Of a stretch of 64,000 bases of DNA, positions 14,692 to 26,639 are shown one piece after another. Source of the DNA: Octopus bimaculoides (Eukaryota). Location: the NCBI RefSeq assembly GCF_001194135.2, contig NC_068988.1, positions 67,424,967 through 67,488,966 on the forward strand. The letters run 5' to 3'. Each line of letters begins with the position of its first letter. Position 1 is the stretch's first letter. The position numbers and the translations under genes are program-made. The notes beneath the pieces are model-generated. The model was not told where the DNA came from. It saw only the letters and a program-made list of their open reading frames with translations, and made no database searches.

Positions 14692-14863
14692 GTAATGCCA
14701 TTTTATTAATCTTTTTGTCATCTTATGACGATACTCCTATTTACAGCAGCTGATATTTTATTAACCACGTGTTTGAGTCTTGGCTCACCATAATTCTTTC
14801 ATTTCCGTATTATTTACTGTAACGTTTAATAACTTAAATGACGTGGAGTTGCCATATATTTTG

Positions 14864-14909
<46 letters not shown>

Positions 14910-15899
14910 ATGCGTGTATATATATTTATATATTCATACATGCATATATAATACATACATAATACATATACATACATATATATATGTATATATNNNNNNN
15001 NNNNNNNNNNNNNNNNNNNNNNNNNNNNNNNNNNNNNNNNNNNNNNNNNNNNNNNNNNNNNNNNNNNNNNNNNNNNNNNNNNNNNNNNNNNNNNNNNNNN
15101 NNNNNNNNNNNNNNNNNNNNATATATATATATATATATATACATATAGCTTGTATTTATATACAGGAATATATCGTATGACAACCATCACATAATTAAAA
15201 GGAACCAATCGCAACTAAGTATAGTTATGGCTGATTAACAACTTGGCTGCACACGTAGGTGTTTTGGATTTCAATTCTGCATCACCACACATATCGTATC
15301 ACTTTATTTACTATGCTGTTGCAAACTCAAAGATTTAGTAGCAACAATTTACTTCCCAGAAGGTAAGTCGAGTCGCAGTAGATGTTTATTTTTTTTAGGA
15401 ATTCCTCTTAAAACTGCTGCTTGGGCTTTGGGTGTTATTTGTAATCTCCACTCTTTTGCAAACGGTGAACGAAAACTTTGGACTAAATATACAACACTTC
15501 ATCTCTCCTACCATTCAGAAAGGCCCTGACAGACAAGTTATGAAGGGTATCCTATCTTTCATCAGTCAATAAACTAAGCATGTTAATGCTGTAAATATAT
15601 ATAATCTAATATGTACAAATTTGGAATTGCACTTGATCTTTGATATAACATCAGATTAAAACTCCCGGTATGGTCATTAAGTAATTGGTTTGTCTTAGTT
15701 GACATTCAAAAAGTATATGATTATTCTAAACATGTAATATAAATGAAGCTAGACTTATTTATTTCTACACCGCGATTCCTCTAAAGTTTGCTGAAGTGTT
15801 TCAAACTATTATTAATTTTTGTATTTGTTGTAGAGTGCTCAACGTCCCTGAAAGCTGCACCTTGCTATTGATGGTCAGGTGGATAGACGACATAGATTT

Positions 15900-16350
15900 T
15901 TAGTCAAGTCCAAATCTCTCACTTGGTGGCTCCTAAAGCCACACGCCGATACCTTACTTCAGGCTAAACCAAGTGACGGAATTGTGTTAATACTGCACCA
16001 GTAAGACTCCGAGTAAAGCTTCCCAAGTAGTCACCGGCTAGGGAGGAGTAACCTGCTCAGGTCAATAGCCTAGTGTTTAGGGCCAACGCGTGTTTCAGGT
16101 AAAGGCTACAAGCTTGGAGAGGAATGGGCACCACTAAGCTAACTTACCCATGATAAATACATGATGATGGTAAATATACCAGAATTCATAATGCATCGGT
16201 CGTCACCCGGGCTAACTTCAAAGTACCGAGGGGCTTCGATTTTGCCGACTCACACCGATGTCAACAGAATACTGAGAGAAGTGGCAATATCCAGTTCCTA
16301 CGTCATCAACCAATTCCTTATAGAACACATTGTTAAAGGATAGGCAGGAA
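15900..16350 (+). mobile_element. Possible RTE LINE 5'-UTR and ORF-start fragment
   Basis: GC-richer segment with ggaggagtaacctgct...gaggaatgggcaccactaagctaacttacccatg preceding a short ORF (MMMVNIPEFIMHRSSPGLTS), recalled as resembling RTE 5' ends; unverified. Confidence 0.3.
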
Positions 16351-16809
16351 GAAGGAATGAAGGGTTGTCACTGTTGATGTCTAGCTGTTGGTCAGTCTTC
16401 CTTTAAGGAAGTATAACGATGGAAAGCCATAACAAATGAAACCAGCTTGTCTGATTTTCATACATAATTTATATAGATTTATAACCCAGAGCTATCTTTA
16501 CAAATTTCATTAGACAATATATAAACCATATACATGTGTCTGTGTCAACTCGTGTGCGTTTGTGATGAGCTGTAGATTTGGCTGCTACTTTAAACTTTGT
16601 CAAATTTGTCACACATGATTATACTATGCACTCTGGGCCAAAAAGTATTCATATCGGTGTAGATCGGGAACCACGTAGTTTTATAATATAAAACACTTAC
16701 AGAAGGACTGGACTTGGAACCATGTGGTTCGGAAGCAAACTTCTCACCACACACCCATACATACACACACCTGCTCACGTGCGTGTGTGTTTGTGTTTGT
16801 GTGTTCACA

Positions 16810-18170
16810 TGTAAAGGGACAAAGGCAGCGAAGGTAAAGACATTTTTAACATAGCTGATTTAATCTTCGACGAAATTAGGGCAGCGGTGAAAAATGCTCG
16901 GACTGTGTCTCCTCCATGGCTAGTGCTGCTAAGGAGGCTACCAAGACGTTTACGTTCTTGTTGAAAGAAGAACGGAATCCGGGCTCTGTATACTTTTAAA
17001 GGGTTATTCAATCTCAAAAGCAAAAAACTCAGTAGAACTAGACTAGTTTCGGAAGATCGCTCTATTTTGAGCATCGTTAAACGCTAACCCATTCTCTTCG
17101 CAATTCGTCACTCACACTAGTGTCCAAAAAAGAAATAGTTATTCTGAACGTCTTGAGCATAGCTCATCAATCATTTGCATCATGCAACTGGCAAAAAGAA
17201 ATAACACTCGTAGAGTTATGATCATATTTTCTCTATATAGCCAAGAGTGTTCTACCAAAGAATCCGATATGCACTTGGGTACTTGCAAATAACAATAGCA
17301 TTAGTTAGGCTTGATAATATCACAAATACATTCGCTGAAGATGAGGTTTGCTAACAGAAATTTCACAACCGAATGACACAGACTGGAAAAGAGCATTTGG
17401 GTAGTGCGAACAATTTTCGTGGCCCTATTAGTTGCTACCATACTGGTCTCTATGGCCTCCATGAATAACATAGCTGCCATGTCACAATCAAATTAAGGGA
17501 CCCCACGGATACCGAATTCACTGGTAAAGGTGGTCACATGGTTACGTGCTAAGTTCAATCCAGCAAAATCGCAGTATCGTCAAAAGAAGGCAAACAGTTT
17601 AGGGGACTGATTTCCCAACATGCCAAGCAAAAACAGTGCCTCGGGAAGAAATATGGTTGTCTCTGAATCATAATTTCAAATTCACCAAGACGCAGCTAAG
17701 GAACTGGCTAAAGGCAGTCGAGAAAATCGATCCCTTGGAAGATTCAAAGAATGTATATTCCTACTTGGCCTCATATCCAGACTACAGTAACCATTTTTAA
17801 TTTCACTTACAGAGGTATGATTTCAGCATTTCTATGGCGTAACCAATGGAAGATTGTGCTCTAAATTTCTGAGAAGTTAGTTGAGAGTCACCCTGTGCAA
17901 AATCAATCATCGTGGATGAACTTACAATATCCTGAAAGGATAATACGAAATGTTACGCCATTCGTAGAAGAGCAAGCAGCAGGATTTAATCGATGAAGCA
18001 CCTATCAAAGGATGGTAAATGGCTTCATTTTCCAATGAAGTCGGTTTCCATGGCTTTCCAGCTCAATCAGTGAACTGTTTCGTGCAGAAAATTGGAGAGA
18101 ACTGAAGAAAGTTACGAAGGCGGTAAGTATAAATGCTGAGATTAGTACAAGTAATGAATGGCTGTTAAGG
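16810..18170 (+). mobile_element. R2-superfamily (HERO-like) non-LTR retrotransposon relic: RT plus restriction-like endonuclease
   Basis: Fragments KAKNSVELD*FRKIAL, SVQK...RLEH, MRFANRNFTTE*HRLEKSI, AKFNPAKS, CLGKKY, then KSIIVDELTIS*, KSKQQDLIDE...KGW...EVGFHGFPAQSV (RLE motif). Confidence 0.75.
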
Positions 18171-18377
18171 GACACTGCAGATAGGGTCATTAGAAGAAAC
18201 ATAGAAGGTAAAGGGCTATGGACTTGTAACTCCTGAGTCATACATGAGTTTTTCGGAATATTGCAATGGATACAGCAAACCATGAAATATAACTTAGAAT
18301 GTCCTGCAGTTTCTGAGTAACGTAAACCATGTTCACGAAATAACATGCGCGCACACACACACACACTCACACTCACA

Positions 18378-18412
<35 letters not shown>

Positions 18413-18878
18413 ATACAGACACACGCGCACACACGTACTCACACACACATGGGGGAATTAGGACCCCTAGAAATGGTGTCATTGGTTTTGAAACGCAGAA
18501 ACGTGTGTAAAAGATTAAATAAAAAATGCCTAATATATGTTTCCTGTTTTTCTTAATACATACATACATATATACATACATATATGCATAAATATATATA
18601 TAGACATACATATATTTATATATATNNNNNNNNNNNNNNNNNNNNNNNNNNNNNNNNNNNNNNNNNNNNNNNNNNNNNNNNNNNNNNNNNNNNNNNNNNN
18701 NNNNNNNNNNNNNNNNNNNNNNNNNNNNNNNNNNNNNNNNNNNNNNNNNNNNNNNNNNNNNNNNNNNNNNNNNNNNNNNNNNNNNNNNNNNNNNNNNNNN
18801 NNNNNNNNNNNNNNNNNNNNNNNNNNNNNNNNNNNNNNNNNNNNNNNNNNNNNNNNNNNNNNNNNNNNNNNNNNNNNN

Positions 18879-18911
<33 letters not shown>

Positions 18912-19435
18912 TATGTACGTATATACAAATATATATATATACATATAGGCACATATACACATATACTATAAACTTCTCATACTGCTTCATCAATTAGTTG
19001 GGACGAAGATCTCTTCTTTTACTTCTGAAGATGATAAAAAGGAAAGCCTTGTGAGAGATGTGTGCATTTAGGTGGTAATTTACATTTATTGTAAGAATTG
19101 GAGTGAAAGAAACAAAGGAAACTGTTTAAAGCCCAAAGTCAAATATCTATTGTAAGTGTCATGGCAGTATATATACACGTAAAGAAACCGTGTGGTGGAA
19201 GGGAATGAAGAAAAAGAAAATATATTATTTAATAGAGGTTAAACAGAATAAATAATGCAGAAAAATGTAAAATGGTAGGAAGTAAAAAAATATGTAGTCT
19301 AGTGTACATGAATTTAATCAATAAAGCATTAAATGAATAGAGGCCAGTATCTGGTCAAGTTAGAAAATAGCTGGCAGTTAATTCGAGAAGCTGTTGAAAT
19401 GTTTTCAAGTTTTCAAGTTTAGTGAAAATTAAAGA

Positions 19436-19668
<233 letters not shown>

Positions 19669-20703
19669 NNNNNNNNNNNNNNNNNNNNNNNNNNNNNNNN
19701 NNNNNNNNNNNNNNNNNNNNNNNNNNNNNNNNNNNNNNNNNNNNNNNNNNNNNNNNNNNNNNNNNNNNNNNNNNNNNNNNNNNNNNNNNNNNNNNNNNNN
19801 NNNNNNNNNNNNNNNNNNNNNNNNNNNNNNNNNNNNNNNNNNNNNNNNNNNNNNNNNNNNNNNNNNNNNNNNNNNNNNNNNNNNNNNNNNNNNNNNNNNN
19901 NNNNNNNNNNNNNNNNNNNNNNNNNNNNNNNNNNNNNNNNNNNNNNNNNNNNNNNNNNNNNNNNNNNNNNNNNNNNNNNNNNNNNNNNNNNNNNNNNNNN
20001 NNNNNNNNNNNNNNNNNNNNNNNNNNNNNNNNNNNNNNNNNNNNNNNNNNNNNNNNNNNNNNNNNNNNNNNNNNNNNNNNNNNNNNNNNNNNNNNNNNNN
20101 NNNNNNNNNNNNNNNNNNNNNNNNNNNNNNNNNNNNNNNNNNNNNNNNNNNNNNNNNNNNNNNNNNNNNNNNNNNNNNNNNNNNNNNNNNNNNNNNNNNN
20201 NNNNNNNNNNNNNNNNNNNNNNNNNNNNNNNNNNNNNNNNNNNNNNNNNNNNNNNNNNNNNNNNNNNNNNNNNNNNNNNNNNNNNNNNNNNNNNNNNNNN
20301 NNNNNNNNNNNNNNNNNNNNNNNNNNNNNNNNNNNNNNNNNNNNNNNNNNNNNNNNNNNNNNNNNNNNNNNNNNNNNNNNNNNNNNNNNNNNNNNNNNNN
20401 NNNNNNNNNNNNNNNNNNNNNNNNNNNNNNNNNNNNNNNNNNNNNNNNNNNNNNNNNNNNNNNNNNNNNNNNNNNNNNNNNNNNNNNNNNNNNNNNNNNN
20501 NNNNNNNNNNNNNNNNNNNNNNNNNNNNNNNNNNAAAACTTGGACAGTTGCCCTAGTACTTCTGTGAATTTTCATGTTCTTCAGCATTATTAAATGTTCA
20601 GCTTCGCTTGTATGAAAACTTCCAATGCGATTACTATTATTTATAAGTGTAGCTACAAACATGCTTACGAAAAGCATGCGCATATGAACGCCCCTTGTGT
20701 GTG

Positions 20704-20742
<39 letters not shown>

Positions 20743-20783
20743 GTATATACAGAGAGAGAGAGAGGGAGAGAAAGAGAGAAAGA

Positions 20784-20823
<40 letters not shown>

Positions 20824-21963
20824 AGTGTGTGTATGTGTGTGTGCTTAACAAAATATGACAAAATGCCTGACAAAATATATTTCGTGTCTGCTGCAAATAA
20901 TGACATACGCACTTGGACTTGAAGTTCTTCGATCTCAACTTCTCGGCCATGTATTTATGAACCTGTAACCCTAAGAATATATTGTGTGTATATCGATTTG
21001 TGCTTTGTAGGAAGAAGTTTGACCGTGTAGTTTTACAGGACTTCTAATTTGAGACAGAGCATTTTAGTTTGCTCACGTCTGAACAACGTGGAGATAACAG
21101 AGATCGTGTCAGACCCAAACGTTTGTTACGGCAAAACACGCTATTAATACTGATGAATGTATTGGTAGCATATGGACACATCCTTTCTTTGCATAATTCT
21201 AAGATATTTCAGATGGATATAAAAGAGATATAGGAAATTAAAACAACTAATTGAGTTCTTCCTGCTTGGAGAACGAATTTTTCTTTTATTATTTTTGGAT
21301 TGCTAGAAAATAAGGAAATAATAATAAATATCTTTATAGTGTTACGTCTAATTTACTTTTATTTTAATGATTTTCATGTTTTATTTTCTTATTATAAAGC
21401 AAAAAATAACAACAGACTATAAAGTCTAGCTTCTGTACAATCATGGAAGAATGGTCATGACTCTATAAAGGAATAAATAAATGGCAAATATCGATTTATT
21501 TTCTCAGTAGTTATTAACATAATTGACTGAATTGGCAAACAAGTTGTTTTGTGTAATTTTTGTTTTCTCCTACGGTAGCAATTCACGTCTAACGAGGGAA
21601 GACGAACAAGAAGACAGGAAGTAGTAACGTTATATTTGAATCGTCATTCTGAAAAGTAATTTTTATGTTTTCTGCAGTAGAAACATTGAATGAATAAAAC
21701 AAGAAGCGGGATTATCGTTATGTTATTTTATATCTTTTGTTTCTTTACATTTGGGACAGTTTCAGATTATATAAACGGAAGCATGGTTGTATGCTTAAAA
21801 GACACGCTTCCCAGCCGCGTTGTTCCTGACTCGATACATCGGCGCACTACATTAGGTCTTTCAGCAAAAGTCTTTCAGCATATCTTCGTTGGGGGCAACG
21901 GAAGAATTACTTTACATATGGAATTTAGTAGAGTGAAACGATACAGAAGACACTGGCACACGC

Positions 21964-22005
<42 letters not shown>

Positions 22006-22178
22006 NNNNNNNNNNNNNNNNNNNNNNNNNNNNNNNNNNNNNNNNNNNNNNNNNNNNNNNNNNNNNNNNNNNNNNNNNNNNNNNNNNNNNNNNNNNNNNN
22101 NNNNNNNNNNNNNNNNNNNNNNNNNNNNNNNNNNNNNNNNNNNNNNNNNNNNNNNNNNNNNNNNNNNNNNNNNNNNNN

Positions 22179-22233
<55 letters not shown>

Positions 22234-23427
22234 AATGATACATATCTAAACTATAACGGCATAGATGTACCTGTCCTAATAAGAAATGAATTGTGATAAA
22301 ACAAATATCATGACATAAAGTGCACACGACGCGCGCACGCACACACACGCACACACATACGCACACACACTTATATCTATACACTGACACATACAAATGC
22401 TCAAGAAATATCCGGACACAAATATGTACACATACATTCCTAATATCAAACACTGATATATGCATAGATGCACACACAGACAGCCATACAATCACACAAA
22501 ACCACACACTCACACATACACATGAACGCGCGCGCATACACACGGACGCACACACAGAGCATAGATTACGCCTACAGATGCGTAAAATGTACACGTAAAA
22601 CTAATAGGCACGTAATTAAGTTTCGGACAGTTACGCTTCAGAGCATTATAATACAAAACACAAATAAGGGCAATTTAGAGTGGGATTTGGGAACGACGAG
22701 AGGGTAATTACTTATTAATAGGTATTAGTATATTGGGTGTGGCTAGGGAATAAACAAGACGTCCAACGAAATCGCAAATGATTTTAAGAAGTATATTTCA
22801 GCAAAAATATATGCATATACGCATGTATATATGTCTACCCTTTCACAAGGAATATACCATTTAAATTACAGATCATGAAAATTCAGGATAGTACTTCACT
22901 CATTCCAGTTTCTACCTTTTCTTGGCCTCTTACCTCAACTAAAAGACAAGTCACTACACGTATTCATGCTGCCAACATACTTAACTAGAACTATTCAAAA
23001 TAAAAACACCTTGACTGTGTTATACGGATATATAGTTTTATAGCATATGTGTGAAAATTCATAGCACATATGTCAAGATGCAGAAAAATAGTTACTATAT
23101 GCAGACAGAAAAATTTGTATACAATCAAAGCTTAACTCATGTTAACATTTTAACACGTTCTACAAATGTACATATGTATGGGTTGGAGTGTGGGCAATAC
23201 TGCGTGTGTATATGCACCCGTATGCAGCTGTTCCTTGTTCTTTGTATGTACAAATTAAAATGTGAAAGTGGCTATGTATTTGCTTGATTTAGATAATCTG
23301 CATATGCATAGGCTCGTCCAAGTGTTCATGTGTGTACGCATTTACGAGCCTGTATATGTACGCATTTGGGTGCGCATGCTTCCACTTTGATGCATATGTC
23401 AGCAAACACACACACACATATATACAT

Positions 23428-23475
<48 letters not shown>

Positions 23476-23494
23476 GTGTGTGTGCGTGTGTGTG

Positions 23495-24170
23495 ATACTA
23501 ATAAAATGATATCTTTTTCAGAACGCAGAGCCGCCGTTACAACAGTAGAAATATTGGGCAAATTACTCTTATAACGCGGAAAAATTTGTCAGATGTGGGA
23601 CCAGAACCCACGTCCCTCAAACACTCTGGCTGAGTGCTTTACCATTAAGCTAAACTGCCCGCTAACAAATTTACCCGCAAATTTAGATGCTATAAAGTGA
23701 TATGTACAATTACACGTATATAAATATAAACAGCCTTTTTTGTATATTAGCGTCGATAAAGTGTATTTTTCGTTAAAAATAAGATCATCATTTTACCCAA
23801 ACGCAGAACTGCAGTAAATTATCTTTACAAGGTGGAAAAGCTTGTCAACAAACGGCTATTTTTGCTGCTTATACAAAAAAAAAAAAGAAAACAAATGTTA
23901 GTTTATATATATATATATACACGTAGTTGTGCATTTAGCTTAACAGCGTCTAAATTTGCGTCTAAATTTGTTATCGGGCATTTTTAGCTTAAAGGTAAAA
24001 CACTCAGGTGAAGTATTTGAAGGATGTGGGTTCGAGTCCCATTGCTGTTTGTTGACAAACTTTTCCGCTTTGTAAGGGGAATTAACCCCATATTTCTACT
24101 GTTCTAACGAAGGTTCTATGTTTAGAAAGAAGCTATCATCTTATTTCTAACGTACAATACATATTTTCGA
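23495..24170. mobile_element. Head-to-head inverted pair of tRNA-derived elements plus a partial third tail copy
   Basis: ~23495-23700 is the reverse complement of ~23940-24150. The right arm has A-box TAGCTTAAAGG and B-box GGTTCGAGTCCC; the left arm has the same boxes on the minus strand. Extra tail copy at ~23770-23870. Confidence 0.75.
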
Positions 24171-24203
24171 ACCTTATACAAAAATCAGTTTGCTTGTATT
24201 CGG

Positions 24204-24262
<59 letters not shown>

Positions 24263-24339
24263 CACACACATGTATATATAGGAACCTTAGTTTAGTTAAA
24301 ATGTATTTCTGATATATTTTAAATTCTAAAGGTAAATTC

Positions 24340-24716
24340 ACTACAGTTACCAAGGAGAAAAATTCCCTCTCATGGTAAAAAGTCTAAAATCACTACCTCT
24401 GTCCATCACTTCCCCCTATCAGATTCCCAGATATGTACCAAATACACCAAAGTTCGTTTATTCTTAATCACTGTTTGGTGCTGATGTTAATATATTTTTC
24501 AAATGGTGCAACCCAGTCAGTGATGATGCCCAGTTTCAGTTAAAACTACGACTTTGAAGTTGCCCTGACTTATCTCTCGTCGGTATTTCCTAATGAGGAA
24601 GGCTAAAAAGTCAGAAACAGCCGTCTCGGAATCCGATAAGCGGAAGTACTAGGCAGATATGGTGTTTTTATAGCTTTTACTATAGGAGAGATTTTTTCTC
24701 CGCGGTAACTGCAATG
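24340..24716. mobile_element. Element with ~65-bp diverged terminal inverted repeats and an internal hammerhead relic
   Basis: 24340-24404 matches the reverse complement of 24652-24716 (roughly 70% by eye); internal CUAAUGA...GGCU/AGUC...GAAACAGCCGUC at ~24580-24637. Confidence 0.5.
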
Positions 24717-25368
24717 TATTTGTGCTTGGAGGCTTCAAAAATGTCATCCATGTGAGTGTCTGAGTATAAGTGTGTGTACATATGTGTTTAGCGTAGGGAG
24801 AGAAAGACAAATATGTGTGCATGTCTATGTTAGTAGATGTACATGTCAGCATGTAGGCAAATCCAAATATGTACATATACATGTATATAAGTACACAAGT
24901 TATTGTACAATGTCTAAGCATACATTTCTGAAAATCATTCCTCATTTTCATAGCACTTTCATTTTCTCTGGCTTTCTAATGACTACCTGCTGTTATACGA
25001 CCGCGTTTCGCTATCGTCAAGTTAGCCACTCACTTTCTCTCTCATTTCCTCACTTATACATACCTAATGGTATGATAGATATATAATACATACCACATCC
25101 ACACAAACAACCAAACGTATACAAATACGCACACACATATGTATATATATAAAAAAAAAACAAAAGAACAACAAAAAAAACAAATACAAACGAACACGTA
25201 TTAACAGAGAATATAGGTGATACAGACACTCCCCATACACACATGCACTTACAAAAGACACAGACACATTGAAGGACGCGCATGCGTAGACACATACAAT
25301 AGGAATACAAAATACAAAATGGCTGACAGTTAGCAAGGTGAGACATACATAAGAAAGAAGGAAACAAA

Positions 25369-25413
25369 GGACCACTGATGAGGTCACAGAAGTGTGACGA
25401 AAGAACTCTGGCC
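25369..25413 (+). ncRNA. Minimal type I hammerhead ribozyme motif (copy 1)
   Basis: GGACCA-CUGAUGA-G-GUCACA(GAAG)UGUGAC-GAA-AGAACU-C-UGGCC: core boxes intact, 6-bp helix II, helix I CCA/UGG plus GG/CC, CUC cleavage triplet after 25408. Confidence 0.7.
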
Positions 25414-26539
25414 GAAATAAGATTAAGATTAATGTAATATAAAGCTGAAGCAAATTAACACCAAATATACAGTGCGTGTGTTTTTATTGGCTAAACTGGC
25501 AATATGACCATCCCCAAGTACAACAACATATATATNNNNNNNNNNNNNNNNNNNNNNNNNNNNNNNNNNNNNNNNNNNNNNNNNNNNNNNNNNNNNNNNN
25601 NNNNNNNNNNNNNNNNNNNNNNNNNNNNNNNNNNNNNNNNNNNNNNNNNNNNNNNNNNNNNNNNNNNNNNNNNNNNNNNNNNNNNNNNNNNNNNNNNNNN
25701 NNNNNNNNNNNNNNNNNNNNNNNNNNAAACATATACACATATATATATATATATATGTTTATATATATATGCATATATCTATGTCATATAATTATTTATT
25801 CAACGTGCATGCATATGAGTATAGGCTTACGTGTGCGAATTTGTGTTTTTCTGCCTATATGTCTATGTATTTCTTCGTATTATATCTATTGCAACATATA
25901 TAAGCTAAATTGGTTTTCATCTGACGTGTCGAATATTCAGTAAGTGTCATATGGGAAACAAGCGAAGAAGACAAAATTATTCAATATTCAAATTTTGTGA
26001 ATACAAAGAACATTCTTTTTAGCAAATCCTCGGTGGGTGTTACTTGCATATTTTATTATCGTTATCATGACGAAGTTGTGTATTAGGAGAGACAAAATCT
26101 GTTGAATTTTCTCAACTATAATTGTCGATGCGTCATGTTTTTTGCTACAAATTATTGTTTACACGTTATGCATATTTGCATAAATATGAAAGTTTTCGAT
26201 TTCGAAATGTATACTTTTTGATGCTGACTTCATTTGATAGTGAGTGATAAAAGTTGTTGCTATAAGTTTGTCGTTAACTTATGCATTTTTGTTCCTTGAT
26301 TTTTTAACCCTGGAGTTACTGACATAAACCTAAATCGAGTGTCTATATAACGCCTATTGGTCATTTTCACGATATTAAAATTATTTCTTCTCCATGTTTC
26401 GAAACTAAAATATAGTTTTGACCTATATCTAAAAGTATCATATAATCATTGAATTTGAATAAGTTTAAGAATAATATGCAATAATGATGGTTTAGTTTTA
26501 CATGAATATTTATGCAAATCCCATTTTGATTTTGTATAG

Positions 26540-26639
26540 AATTAGAAATTGATGCCTGGGTAGTTTCTTTATCTAAGACTAAACACTTGTGCAGTGTAAA
26601 GCGTTTTCCCAACGGGCTCAACAATAATTCAATCCCTAT
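26540..26639 (+). CDS. Candidate internal exon A (100 nt, phase 1 to 2) of an unidentified gene
   Basis: Acceptor ccattttgattttgtatag and donor gtaagt; only one frame is open: (E)LEIDAWVVSLSKTKHLCSVKRFPNGLNNNSIP. Phase-compatible with exon B. Confidence 0.45.

Noticed and set aside
15520-15575. CTGATGA on the minus strand with a nearby hairpin
   Set aside because: No GAAA after the stem and no valid UH site with a pairing helix I.
17035-17060. CCGAAACTAGTC on the minus strand (hammerhead-like half)
   Set aside because: It lies within the RT coding relic (ELD*FRK) and has no upstream CUGANGA.
23975-24045. tRNA-like sequence with A and B boxes (also at 42504-42575)
   Set aside because: No complete acceptor stem or cloverleaf by eye, and both continue into repeat bodies; called SINE heads rather than tRNA genes.
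25905-26239. Two more possible exons (25905-25939 and 26193-26239) that extend the chain upstream in phase
   Set aside because: Donors are good but acceptors are weak (atatataag, atatgaaag); not supportable without transcripts.
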